64,000 nt of DNA from Tubulanus polymorphus (GCF_964204645.1 NC_134036.1:8357830-8421829); one strand, 5' to 3'; counted from the first letter of the stretch, positions 28,789 through 42,200 are shown. Numbers and translations are program-made. The notes: generated from the sequence alone by a model not told the origin.

Positions 28789-29577
28789 GCTGTAAAATAT
28801 GATCCCCAATCAAGGATCTATGTTCATGGAGCTTCTTTTAGTTCCATATTACTACGCTTTTATATATTTCAGCTTGCGCATTAATTCCCCGATTTACTCC
28901 AAAAGTATCTCTACACGTTGCACTATAATGTCGTATATCGGACTTGGGCCCAATTTGTTTCTATTGAACAAACTTCATATTTTCAATTCGATTTCACTTT
29001 ATTGATTAAAAATGATATATACGTATAACATCCCCACAATCGAACGGGTAGTATAATTCATATTCAAAGGAGGAAAGAGCATCGTATCCTCAATTAATAC
29101 GCTTTATTCACAAGTTAGATCATGGATTAGGGTTAGGGTTAGGTCAGCAATACGACTGTGGAATCTTCCCAATTTGCGTAATCTACTTGCATGCGCCGAA
29201 TATTTTATCTTTAAGGTTTAGGTAAGGTCCACATATCGTGTTAGCTGAAGGATATGGGTTAGGTTTAGATTTAGGCATAATGAACATAAGACCTACTTTT
29301 TGGAATAATGAAACTCACACAAATTGCACAGTTTTCTTAACTAGCATAAAACCTACGGCTAATATTATATATTTAAGGATTCAGTCATGTTTAGATAGTT
29401 GGTTTGATCAAGGATTAGGGTTAGGGTGAGGTTTAGGTAATATGAGTGAGAATTTTATCTTGATACAACGGACCAGCGGTCAATGTCAAGTTAATTTAAA
29501 ATGTTCAGTATAATGCTTAGTTATATCACTGTAAATATCATCAGTATATAATACATACCACCAAAAATATCACTCAT

Positions 29578-29920
29578 TCACTAAAATCAATGTCGACTTT
29601 ACACAGTAAGGTACATGCTGACGATGTCCACGCTAAAATCAAAGTCTACTAAGGCATTGTAAGGTACCACGTTGACGATGTCCACGCTGTCTACACTAAA
29701 ATCAATGTCTATACTATAAGGCATAGCCAAGGTACCACGTTGACGATGTCCACGCTGTGTGCACTAAATCGTATCGTATCGTAATTTGCAATCAATAACG
29801 AAGGCCGATCTGGCCTATGACAGGTTGCTAAAATCAAAGTCTACTATAACACACAGTACATATACAAGGTACAACGCTATCACATTCGATTACACTAAGT
29901 CAAAGTCTACTATAACTCAG
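29578..29920 (+). repeat. Degenerate tandem repeat of CTAAAATCAA.GTCTACT and GACGATGTCCACGCT modules
   Basis: About five CTAAAATCAA-type modules and three GACGATGTCCACGCT modules just upstream of peptide gene 1. Confidence 0.7.
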
Positions 29921-30155
29921 TACAACGATTTGGTGGCACTACTTATAAAAAAAACTAATTCAATTCAATTGAACTTTATTTACATGTTTTAAATCGACAT
30001 TCTCCATTTACATGATTTAAACTAATAAACATGCTCCTCTAGGACACCTAAAATGCAGTCGTACCCAAACATGTTCTAGTGAACCTCCGGACTAGTGGTC
30101 CATCGGACAAGTGGACCCGTAGACTAGTGATACGCTACTGACTTTGTATGTCACA

Positions 30156-30218
30156 TATAAAGCCCAGCACGCGCGAGATCAAATGGCAGTGTCTCTCAAG
30201 CCTCATCATTCTAAACTA
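30156..30218 (+). promoter_or_regulatory. Putative TATA box, initiator and short non-coding exon 1 of peptide gene 1
   Basis: TATAAA at 30156-30161, Inr-like CAGT about 31 nt downstream, GT at 30219, and acceptor TTCCAG ending 30325, 9 nt before the ATG. Confidence 0.5.
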
Positions 30219-30334
30219 GTAAATTATATGAAAACAGGCTTATTTTATGATAGCCTTTTGAAAACTGTTGAATAATCAGAATTTGGGATTGCCCACAATG
30301 CTAATATATCTAATTCAAATTCCAGGCATCGAAA

Positions 30335-30815
30335 ATGCTAGCTTATTTAATGACTCGTGTATCTGCTATTGTTGTGATAGTGATCAGCGCCGCGTCATTT
30401 GCAGAAGGTGAGTAACGACCTGGAACATAATACATAATTTCATATGATTCAATTAATTAAAAAGACACTTATCAGTAAACGTTGAGCAGCTGTTTATAGA
30501 TTTAAAGAAGTAATTTGATGAATTACATTTCAAAGATAATGTTACATACTTTATATGCTGACAAAAATTTGCTAATTGACGTGTGGTATTTTTTCATACG
30601 TAAATGTATTTCCTAAACTCATGTATTGATTTGTTTGTCATACATTCGGGGGTGTGGGGTTCAATTAAATCTCCAATTTAAATAAAAAAATTGCTCGAAA
30701 TTCCATTTTTGATTTGTTTTTTTTACGAAATATAGGTTGCAAGATACGAGGCGTAGTTTGTCTAGGTGATACTGATTGTTGCACTGGCAATTGTACCATC
30801 GGAACTTGTTCGTAA
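30335..30815 (+). CDS. Secreted knottin/ICK toxin-like peptide 1 (50 aa): MLAYLMTRVSAIVVIVISAASFAEG^CKIRGVVCLGDTDCCTGNCTIGTCS
   Basis: Exons 30335-30407 and 30736-30815. Phase-1 GTGAGT...TATAG intron within the Gly codon. Hydrophobic signal ending in SFA. C-X6-C-X5-CC-X3-C-X4-C. AATAAA at 30998. Two paralogues share the structure. Confidence 0.9.
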
Positions 30816-32985
30816 TCGTTGGCGATTAGAGTTTCTAATGGGATATACTTGTGATGGTTTGGGAAATCCGATTATGAAACTGAACCGCAGTCAGGTAACT
30901 GACTGATTAGATCGTGTACGTAAAAAAGCTCGAATTGAATGTAAATTTTTAAACGTCAAATCTTGTGTTATATTAACATTCAATACATCTGTGAGCAAAT
31001 AAACAAATGATTGTTTATCTTTCGAGGGTGAATGGATTGTAAAGTGATCAATAGGATGCGCCGTTCCATTAGCGAAAAGGAACATCAATCGTCTTTCGAA
31101 TTTTCTCAAATCAATTTGTCATCCCTGGTTTACGACATCTCTCGTTTTTTAACTGGTATTCACATATTTTAGTCATTTTCTTGGAGAAAAACCGATTGAT
31201 TCATGTTCAGAGATGTGCGACTATTTCTATCAACGATGAAAAAAGAATCACACGATACAGGTGGTTTTCAAAAAAACGATCACTTGCTCTGTCTATGTGG
31301 TGGATTCTAAATGAGATTTTAATTTGCCGGTCCCGGGTAAGAAACGTTTGACAATATCATAACTGAACTATGTGAATGTTATTACAAACTTGTTTATCAC
31401 GGTTTATGTCGAAACACTGTCCGCTGTGATTACAAAAACCAGTTTTGTTTTTGAAACTTCAACCAGCGTATTATGTCGTTGAAACTAAGCTAAATGAAAA
31501 ACTCATAGGCCTAAACAAATCATTTTCATCGAATAGTTTTCTAATACGTATACAACCGTATTCGAATGATTGAACTGTCTTGAACCATAATATATATACC
31601 ACCTCCCGATAAACCCCTACCCTCGCCTAACGTGGGCAATATCAGCGCTGAATTTGAACTGCTCAATAAATTGAAGATATCACAGAAATACCTTGTGTTG
31701 ATGTTGTTTATTTATCCGCAATAAGGTTCCGATAAACAATCGGTCGTTTAGGATCATTATTAGGCGGTCGCGACGCCTTAATACATTACAGTAAAAAGGT
31801 TTAAACTGCTATGCTTTTGCCTGTGACCATATTGATGCGGCGAAACCCACTGCGCGTGTGCAGCTTATTCCGAACGCTGGTGAGCTGTCAATGAAAGTAC
31901 ATGTTATTATTGTTTTTATGTCCATTCAAAAATTAGTTATCTTATTAATATGATTGTTTGGCTAGACAGCGGTTTTGAGAAAAATCAATCAACTCCAGCT
32001 GATCGTGAAGTTCGGAATGTGCTGCGAGATATAATTGATACAGCATCCAAGGTTTGGAATCCAACATACGAACTACAACATGACAATGTACAAGATCTAT
32101 AGAAGGGTGCAGCTTAAGATTAACGTAACTAAAATTGCGCATCGTTTGCGCTTGAACGCATCGCGTTCCCGTTCATCGTTCATATTAATACACATCGTGC
32201 AAATAATTTTATTTATAGTGACAACGCAGCGAATAAAGTGACTGAAATATTAGTTTCGGTGGCAGAAAACTCCTTAAGAAGGAGACGAAATGTATGTAAA
32301 TTGCAATTGCAAATTTGTAAATCGTAAAGTATTTATGCAGGACGCCGAAGTTAGAAGAAAGCGTAGGATTTACAGAAAAGCCAAACGGAAATAATTCAAT
32401 AATCGTACTGATCTTAAAAGAAACAGACTTAATACAACTTATAGAAATTATAAAAAAGCAATGAAAACAGAAGAAAACGAAACAGCAAAATGAATATATC
32501 AAAGAAATAGCAAAAAGTGATCCAAAACCATTTGAGAAGTTTCTCTCCAAAGATAGAACTAACGACTGTAAGGCCTCTCTGGGTGACTTGTTAAATCATT
32601 TTTTTATGATTAACCAGGTCGAAGTAGGAAACGAAAATCCCAACCTCCTAAATGCAGACGACTTTTTCAAATTGAACGATGACGCTTTAAACAGAACTAT
32701 TACTATCGAAGAGATATCTAATTGCATAAAACGACTTAAAATAATTAATTCCCGGAAAATGATGAATTCTAAATGAATTCCTGAAAAATGCAGAAGACAT
32801 TCTGATGCCTTCTTTAGTTTTACTTTTAAATAAGACACTGGAAACCGGCATTGTTCCAAAAAGGTGGTCTATAAGAATTATCTGCCCAATTTTCAAGAAT
32901 AAGGGTGATCCTAGTGATCCAGATAACTATAGAGGAATAACTCATTTCAGCTGCCTCTTAATGGAGTTGTAGTATTATGAAGACG

Positions 32986-33870
32986 GTCTTCCCTCGAGAA
33001 TCAGCTGTGTGTGTGTGCCCCTCTCCATAGAGCGGGACAGCACGTTGTTCCAGACGGCCGGGAGATGAAAACGGCCCCCGTCTTTGTTGAGAGAAGGGTG
33101 CAATGTACGGATGTAGATTGCTTCTTTGACACCTCTCCCAAACCATCTGGGTTCAACACCGAGAATCCTAACGTTGTCAATGTCAACTGTGTGACCCGGT
33201 TGGTCGACATGAAGGTGTTTCGACACCTCTGACGTAACGGAGCTGGGGCGTCTGTGTTCCCCGAATCTGGCTCTTAAGGATCGTTCGGTTTCACCTACGT
33301 ACGAGTCACTACACTGTTCGCATTTGATATGATACACCGGACTCACTACTCTCGATTTATCCAGTTTGTCCTTAGGTCTAACCAAAATCTGCCGTAGAGT
33401 GTTCATGGGTTTGAAGAACACCGGTACTCCGTATCGTTTCATAACCCGACGTAACTGTTCTGAGGTACCCTTAATGTATGGTATCACGACGGGAGCGACT
33501 TTCCGCCTTTCGGATTGTGTAGCTTCCTTAGTATTATTAGCCGGTTTGCATGGGTTCGGTGACGTGATCCAGGCAGGATAGTCGTTAAAACTCAGAGCCT
33601 TCTTTACATGGTTGACCTCCTCTAACATATCCACTGGATCCGATACGACACTTTCCGCCCTGTGGTTCAACGTTCTCACAACACCCTTCTTGTGTTCTAG
33701 GGGGTGGTTGCTATTGAAGTTCAGGTACTGGTCGGTATGAGTGTCTTTCCTGTATTCTCTCGTACGGATAGTGTGGTCACTGTTTACCACCGATAGCGTG
33801 TCTAAGAACGCAATAGATCGTTCCGTCCTACTGTCACCACCATCGTCAATACTCGGTAAAACATTGACCG
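32986..33870 (-). pseudogene. Penelope ORF C-terminus: RT thumb plus GIY-YIG endonuclease
   Basis: IAFLDT..YRKDTHTDQYLNFNSNHPLEHK, PVYHIKCEQCSDSYVGETERSLRARFGEH, KEAIYIR..PSLNKDGG. The frame is open over the whole fragment. Confidence 0.9.
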
Positions 33871-33936
33871 ACAGCACACACAGCTGATTCTCGAGGGAAG
33901 ACCGGAATCCCGGATGACGTCAGCAGTGACATCATC

Positions 33937-33974
33937 AGTGTGATCAAGCCTGTAGAAACAGGCGAAAGCTAACA
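33937..33974 (+). ncRNA. Minimal hammerhead ribozyme in the Penelope 3' end, G3:C8 core variant
   Basis: GTGATCA(33940-33946)-A-GCCTGT/ACAGGC stem II-GAAA-GC-TA. Helix III is the palindrome AGCT. Helix I is weak (2 bp). Confidence 0.6.
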
Positions 33975-36900
33975 AGTAAGTTTCGCTAAATATTCGGAGT
34001 TCCTACGGTTCAAATTAGGATACTATTCATGTTAACCGAATGAACATACATCAACGTATTATGAAGACGTTTAGGATATATATATATATTATTGGGCTTT
34101 CATGAATTATACTAATAAAGCTTTCGGGAACATAGTAGTAGGGTTCAGTTATCAGCGGTTAAACAATATCAACAAGTAGTGCATGGAAGCTGGTGTTCAT
34201 GGCCAGTATTGCAGTGTCAGACAACGTGCGTGGATATGTACATACATGAACATAGATAGAAATTATATTAATAAACAAGTGTGGAAGTGACGTATGTATC
34301 TACGTATAGGTAAACCAAATATGGTACGGCCATGGACCCCGTTGAATCCAAAAGTATATTTTTAGAAAATTGTGACGTGTGCAGACACGTCATCGCCCAT
34401 ATATGGATGGGAGGAATGTTGTGACGCATGAATACGTCACAAGCCATGAATTCCAAGCCATATGTGGAAGAGGATCTGCACACGTTACACAAGAGAAATT
34501 AATATAAATAGGGAGGTTTTTGTAAGCACGAGTAGGGAGCTCCGGGGAATGATCTGTATACATCTAGTAAGAAGAATAAACGAAAGATAACTTTAGCCAT
34601 TGTTAAGTTATTTCTGGAGCCGTGTAGAAGTCAAGACCAAGGACGGAGATCTGATCTAAGAGAGTGTCCTCGCAACATTATCTAGAAGAATTATTACCAC
34701 GACGCTAGTTGGACAACCCAATCCGGATTCACAGCATTGGAAGATACGGACCATAACATAGGTGGAGTTCCATACCCGCAACATTGGTGGAGTAGAAAAC
34801 ATAACCACAACCACAGTAGAGTACTGCGATACCTGTATATTAATAATTAACACAACCAGAACAAAAGCTATGGTCTTTGAAAACCTGTGTTTCTAATCAG
34901 AGGGTCTGCAATAGAAACGGTATCAGAGTTTAAATACCTTGGAATAATTTTTAGTTACACTGATAATTTTGCAAAAGTGCGGGAAATCTGTTTGCGAAAA
35001 TGCAAAAAAGGCACTCTATTATGTCATTAAAAAGGTAGAACGATATGCTCTGGATGTCGATATAGCCTTTCGGTTATTCGATGCACTAGTCGCCCCCATC
35101 CTTTCCTTTGGTAGCGAGGTCTGGGGTTTTGCAAATCCTACACAAATAGAACGTAAGCTTATACACCTAATGTTCTGTAAATATATTCTAAAATTAAAGC
35201 GCTCTACGCCAAACTGTATGGTATATGGAGAAACTGGACGTTTTCCAATAGAAATTCAAGTAAAACTTATAGTAGTTGAATTTTGTGCCTACCTTATTTT
35301 ACACGAAAAGACCAATTTTGGGAAGATGCACCGTATTGTAAACAAAAATCACCTGAACAATAAGCCTTGCGAATGGACTAGTTACGTTCAATCCAATATG
35401 AAAAGTGTGGTTTAGCTTACGTCTGGTATGAACAAAATTTCCCCAACGTTAATTATTTGATGGAATCAACGAAAATTAGATTTCAAGATCAATGTAGACA
35501 AGATTGCCGTCAAAACTTAGAAAATTCGTCAAAGCTAGATACTTATAACATTGTAAAACCAGAATGGGGTATGGAAACATGTTCACTCTCACTTTTCCTA
35601 ATCTGAGAATAACACTGATAAAATTCCGATGCTCGAACCATGCCTTACCCATATAAATAGGCAGATACGTAAATATACCGAGAGGAGAACGAATTTGTAC
35701 CAGATGTAACCTAAACAAAATCGGTGTCGAGTATCATGTTGTTTTGGAGTGTAGTTTCTTTGAAGAACTCCGTATACTATATATATTTGCAAATTTTTAT
35801 GAAAACCCGAATCTTCATAAATTCTCGCTGCTATTTAGTTCAAAAGACATGACTGTGGTGCGTAATTTATCTATTTTTCTGAAGAAACTAAACGAGCTTT
35901 ATCAACTCTAAGTAGTAAACACCGAATTTAAACCGGAACCCTTAAACTGTAATTTGTATATACGTATGTATGCATGTGAAAATAATGTACCCGGTATTTT
36001 CTTTTCTGTGCTCGAAATTTTGTAAAAGAAAATGGAGCAATAAAGATAATAATAATAAAATAAACAAACATTGCACTGAATATGTGGGTTAGAGGCATAC
36101 GATGTGATAACTAGAGATCAACTCCTACTAGAATTATGCTCTCTTCCATTGACAAATTATGCCATACAAGGTTATATTGAAAATGACACTTGCACGCTGG
36201 ACATAGATTATCATAGAACTAATTATCAATGATATTGAATGATATGGTTAAGATGAAATCAATCCTGCTGTTCATACCCACATGTAACACAGCTGCATTG
36301 CAATACCAGTTTTGTCATTTTTTTCGGAATGATATTTAGGACAGCCATAGACTGGGCCTACTGCTTTACAAATGGAGCGAATTTAAATGATTTATTGTTC
36401 ACTGCAACTGAGCATATATTCACGCTCATCATGCATTCGAGCATCCATTTTCCAATTCTTAGGAAGCCAAATTTTGAAAGAGGGCCTCGTTAAAATTTAC
36501 AGGAAACCTAAAAATATTGGTTCAAAAAATCAAATCAGAGAGCGAAATCTCTTCTGATTAGATGCTTATTGCAAATTCAATTAAATTTTATTCGGCGAGA
36601 AAACATCTAATTCAATTTTATTCTATCAAACAAAATACATCCAATTTTTTTTAAATGTTTTATGACTAAATTATCTATTATTTATAACAACTAAACTATT
36701 AATAACAATTTTAACTTATTGAAGAATTATTAGAAATGTTTATAAATTCTACCCATCTCATGCTCAACCTACTATTCTAATCATTCACAATGCTATTTGT
36801 AAATAGGCGTAAACTTCAGTAGCCATGCATAACCCTAGTTACACATCAAGCCCTCTTTGACATTTGGGCAAGGAATACTGTTTTCTCGTATATTGAATTG

Positions 36901-37849
36901 TATCTTACTAGAATGGTATATCATTCAATCTTTTACCTTTAGGTTCTGAACTTCTTGGCAAAGAAGACGATGACCATAATGAAGATGCATTAAGATCTGA
37001 TGATGACTTGCTTCACGGAGAAAAACCATAAATATGGTTAGATCTACCATTTTCAAAGGGATTATGTTTTTCTCATCATGTAATCATTTTTGGCTGTTAT
37101 GTTCTATGTGTCATGTGGTTTATAATGATTTGTATTAAATTTGATAATTATTTGTATTAAATTTGTATGATTTGAATTTAACGTTTTACTTCAGTCAGAA
37201 AAACCATCAACCTGGTTGTGCCTGAATGTGCCTTTTTCATCCTTGTAAGGAAGTTATTTTTTATTTCTTCATCATCTTGTAATATTTGACTGTAGGGAGG
37301 TTTATATGAGGTTATTATGTACGGAAGTGATAAGGGTCATTTCGACATATATCATGATGTTTTGATAGTTTTAACGTTTTCATTTTATCGCCAATTTTCC
37401 TTGTAACAAGGCGACATTCATGACGAAACTAAGCTGTCATCATATTTCTGGGGTCTTCACCTTATTTCGGCATGTCATCAAATGTAGATTTGTGTTGATG
37501 ATAAGACAATGATCGCAATGATGAAGCAGCATTACGGTCAGATGACAATTTTGTTGTATATGAAGTTGACATTTGCTTTACGCAGAAAAGTCATAAACCT
37601 GTTTTAATATCTGGGTTTACAGCTTGTAAGATTTTATCTACGTGGATAAGGAGATAATTGTTATTTCTTGACGCATGATATTTCTGAAAGTAGTTTTATT
37701 TTCTTGTAAGTTCAAAAGGTATGTAACAAACATATTTGGGTGACATGTGGCCTTGGGCCACTTTCTAATCAAATATTGAATTACTGCAGCCTGTAAGAAT
37801 CTGTAGAGCTACCAATCTACTCTTGATTTTCAGTTTTTGTTACCATTTT

Positions 37850-38015
37850 ATAATGAGAGTAATTAGATAAGTTTTGTTTGAGATCAAAGGTCGAAAGTTC
37901 GAGCTCATAAAAAATAAAAATAAATTCTCACACGCTCGAATTTATTTTTATTTTTTACTCACTCAACTTTTCAACCTATAATCCGAAACAAGACTTATCT
38001 AATTACTCTCATTAT
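37850..38015. mobile_element. Fold-back MITE (~165 bp)
   Basis: ATAATGAGAGTAATTAGATAAG pairs with CTTATCTAATTACTCTCATTAT. Almost the whole length is palindromic. Confidence 0.8.
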
Positions 38016-38037
38016 TTTAATATGGTCATATTTCTCT

Positions 38038-39247
38038 TTGTTTTTTATGGTCAATAATTAGTTCCCTACATCGTGCTTTCTGGTAATATTTGTAGAGTAT
38101 CCAATTAAGTACCATTTGAAAATAATTATAAGATAGACAATTATCCTGTTAGAATTAAAAATATTCCAAAAATAGGAAGAGATAATAATGTGAAAATAAA
38201 TGTATTTGATTCAGTCAAATTACCAAACACAAAAGGTAACAATATTAAACATTATATATTAGAACCTTTGTGTTTATCAAACGATTATGATTCAAATGGT
38301 GTTATAGATATATTACATTTTGAGAATCATTATATGTGGATAAAACGAATTGATTTATTTTTTAAATCAAATTCTTATATTAAAATATATCTATGTGGAA
38401 AATGTATAACTAAATTCAGTAATGAAAGTGCATTATTAAATCATAAACTATTATGTGATAATCATGATTATTGTAAATTAATTTTACCAAATCAAAAAAA
38501 TAAAATATTAGAATTCAAAAAATTTGATTACAAAAATAAAGTACCATTTTTAGTATATAAAGATCTTGAATCATTAAACAAAGAACAAACTGATCAAGAT
38601 AGAAAGGAAATACATTATAAAAGAAATTAAATTCTAATGAAAATGATTTTTCAGAAGAACCACCAATAACAAATACTATCAAAAGATTCATCAAAGTGCT
38701 GCAGCTTTTGTATTATATATAAAATCAGACTATCCAGGATTAATTAAAAGTGAATATCATTATTATAGAAATGAAAATGTTATTAATAATTTTTGTGACT
38801 TATTAATTGAATATCAAATGAAATTTAGTAAATTGTTAAATGAAAATGAAAAAATTATAATGAATGAAGTAGATAAATGAGAATTTGAGTTTGCAGATAA
38901 ATGTTATTATTGTGAAAAACAATTTGATATTAAAGATAAAAAAGTTCATGATCATTGGAATGGTAAATTTAGAGGTGCAGCACATGAGAATTGTTACCTA
39001 CAAGCAAAGAAAATCAATTTTGTTCCAGTTATATTTCATAATTTATCAGGATATGATGCTCATTCATTTATCAAACAGCTATGTAATAAAATAGAAGAAA
39101 TCAATGATGAAATAGAAAGATTAAATTCAAATAGATCAAAATGTTGCTAAAATACCAACTTATAAATTTAAAATGTTAGCCAAAACATCTAAGAATTATT
39201 TATCTTTCAAATTTGGATGTCTAAGATTTATAGATTCAAATAGATTC
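38038..39247 (+). pseudogene. N-terminal/exonuclease fragment of a protein-primed family B DNA polymerase (Maverick/adintovirus pPolB)
   Basis: CFLWSI, VKINVF, HYMWIK, CGKC..F.....L..H...C, VPFLVYKDLES, CYYC..KVHDHWNGKFRGAAHENC, PVIFHNLSGYD and LRFIDS. Stops and frameshifts; the polymerase domain is absent. Confidence 0.85.
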
Positions 39248-42200
39248 ATATACATTTTGGAATTCGTGTACATTAACTTCAGTCTTGCCAATAACAGTTA
39301 TGTAAAACAAGTAATTCATATTCGAACGAGTCAACGATCAAGATGTGATTTCTTTCCTTTTTCGAAACGGTATTCTAATGATCGCTTTGAAAATCATCAT
39401 CGACAAATCATAAACAGTTAACAATCCGATCATTGATTTATTTACTCGCAGTTTTATTGGATCTACTTATATATTACACAAGATTTGACGACTCACGAAA
39501 TACATATAGATTCAATTCGAGCTTTTCCTTTATGTCCACATCTTGGCCAGTAAGTCGGTCGTGGTTCAGTTTTATAGTCGGATATTTCCCGAACGCCGCA
39601 GGTATATCCGATAATAAACCCTTTTCACCGACGATTATTTGCACAAACCGGCGTCACAATTGTTGCTGCAACAATCAGAACTAAGGAGACAATAGTCATT
39701 TTTTCTCTTGCAATTTGGATTTCCTGAAGATATGAAAATTAAATTTTGAAGTGAATCGCTGTTTTACTTGAATAGAAGAAACATTAAAATCCGAACGGAT
39801 GTACGCATAGGACCGGCAATGATCCAGACAAAATGAACGATGGATGACCCTCCCTCGTTCACGTTCGAATGAATCTATGCGGGAATTTACGAAATACGTG
39901 CATTTAAGAATTAAACCTCATGTTAATCGAATAGTTAATTTTTGTCAGAATATCAATACCGCGTATCATCTCTGAAATTGTATCCGTCAAATCAATACGC
40001 GCAATCGATAAAAATACTACATAAGACTCCGCCTAAATCGGTGCCGGTCTACCCGGCTATCCGGCAAATGAAAACAAGATTTCCGTTTGCTAGTGTTTTT
40101 TTTTCAATACAAAAAGATCGCCTAGTCCGGTATCGCTCTATTCGGTAATCCGCCTTAACTGGTATAATTTAGGCCAAAGTCTGCGTCTAAACCGTGACGG
40201 CTTTTCACCTGAAATACTATATGTGTTATAAAATACTATCAATTTTCTCTCTCTGTTCGTGGGCCATATGCTACTATTACTGCAGATTCATGACCTAAAT
40301 TGGCAATAGTTTTCATAATGATTGTGCATCACGAGGAAACAATCGAAACTGATGAAAGTGTTTCGAAATGCAATAGAACGTATAACGTCAAGTCACAGGC
40401 ACTCGCCGATAGGCTTGGGTAACAGTTCCTGAAGTCATTGATAATGTATATGTGTTTCTGAGTGGTTATTCTGCGCAATAAATCGGAAAAAATTGTTTTG
40501 CTACTGATTGATACGTTCAAAAAGAAAATGGCCGCCAGCTCCACACACGGCGAGATCTCAAAATACTAACACACCGAGAACCACCTAATTCGGTAGAAAA
40601 TTGCCACAACTGTTTGCCCGTTTACAGAGGCAGAGTCTACTGTATATAGCACGTGGAATTGATGTTTTTCGTAGAATCCTATCAAATCGTGTATAATGAC
40701 CCCAGTTACTTACGTGCATCTATAACTGCTGCGGCACTGATCACAATCATAACAATAGCACATACGCGAGTCATTAAATAAGCAAGCATTTCCGTGTCTA
40801 GAATTATAAAATGTTTTAAAATTAAAATGTTTTATTACTAACTGACATTTAGGGTAATCAATATCATATTTCGATATGCTCCTATCAAATCCAGCAGAAA
40901 AGCATTTTGGCAGATTATGGTACCAGTCATGCTGCTTTAGGAAAATTTTAGCTGTTATTAGATATAGTAAAAATCAACGATAACGGGTTTTTTGCGTTGC
41001 TAGTTTGAATACCATACATTGAAGCGTACAGCGCTCGTCAAACTCATCAAAAGTAGTCTGATAATCATTGTTTTAAACAGTAATTAATGGATTAATCTGG
41101 GATGTTCCGCTTGTAATATTAGATTAATATAAAATGGCACACGCCGTACATTTTGAAGTCAGCTAACGTTCTGTTGCTGGGTGTTTCTCTCGGACAAGTT
41201 TCTGTCCGTATGAATATGATTATTGATTCATTTTCTGTCCCAATAATGTTCTCATTTCAATTATGAGAATGTATGTTATTAATCTTGTATATGCAGCTCA
41301 AGGTAAACTGCATCAGTTAAGATCAGGACCCAAGAATATCGCATTAAGCTATTAAACAAAAGATTGCACGAATAAAACACATTTATAATAACTAGGAAAA
41401 TATTTTTAAGTAGGAATACATTTTTCCTTTTTCGTATCGTTCGAGCAATCCGAAGTAAGTTCATCTAAGCCTGGAACTTGGGTGCATATGCAAATGAAGG
41501 CAGGACACAGAAACATTAATAATGAAAAATAAAAACTCATCTGTGAGTTCACATAAAATAACCGTAAATTAAAGTCAAAGCTTCATATGTTTAGTGTTAT
41601 GGATATGGTAAAATATTACAAAATCAATTTGATGAAAAATAATCAACCTATTTTTTACTTAATATATTTTGCCTTATCCATTTCTATAAGCTATAAAACT
41701 ACCGTAAATCATAGTCAAAGCTTCAAATGTATCGCACTAGACAAGCGTCAAGTTGAATCTTACTCATTTAGTGAAAAATAATCTAACCTATTTTACTTAT
41801 GTATTTTGCATTTAGTCTATGTCTTATATAAACGTTTGATGATAAAATATGAAGAATTAAATATTTCGTCGCCGGGCTTACCTTAGTAGCCTCTACCGAT
41901 GGAGTAAAATTTTGAAATGAAATTTTGAAATTAACGAAACACCGTTATCGAAACCTTATATCGGTGTTTTGTTAAGTAGAGTCGATTCGCAGCCGGCTCT
42001 TTAAAATCGATCCACGCGCATTACTATTTACTCTCACTGAGCCATAAGTATTATCTCACGAGCAACCATTGTATTCAATGAGCTATCGCCTTTCGTAATT
42101 TCTGAATGTTTAATATTTCATATGTTATTCCAATACTATTGCTAATGTACTGTGCATGCATAGAACGCATCTTTCTGACGAGTAACGGTCTCAGATGCGG

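Larger units (their letters stand above)
32986..34055. mobile_element. 5'-truncated, partly inverted Penelope-like retroelement with a 14-bp TSD
   Basis: TSD GTATTATGAAGACG at 32972-32985 and 34056-34069. The coding part is on the - strand and the 3' end is on the + strand (33874-34055). A ~28-bp inverted overlap joins them (32986-33013 vs 33875-33902). Confidence 0.9.
32340..36065 (+). mobile_element. Decayed non-LTR retrotransposon (RTE-X-like LINE); RT core missing, interrupted by nested insertions
   Basis: [70 protein letters not shown] and ERICTRC...EYHVVLEC. Ends with AATAAA and a (TAA)n-like tail at 36040-36065. Confidence 0.8.

Noticed and set aside
28061-29437. TTAGGG runs as a true telomere or fusion site
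   Set aside because: Only 2-6 degenerate units per run, typical of repeat-internal motifs.
34090-34830. Possible solo LTR inside the LINE (TATA near 34503, AATAAA near 34575)
   Set aside because: It is clearly a non-LINE insert, but no TG..CA termini or TSD could be fixed.
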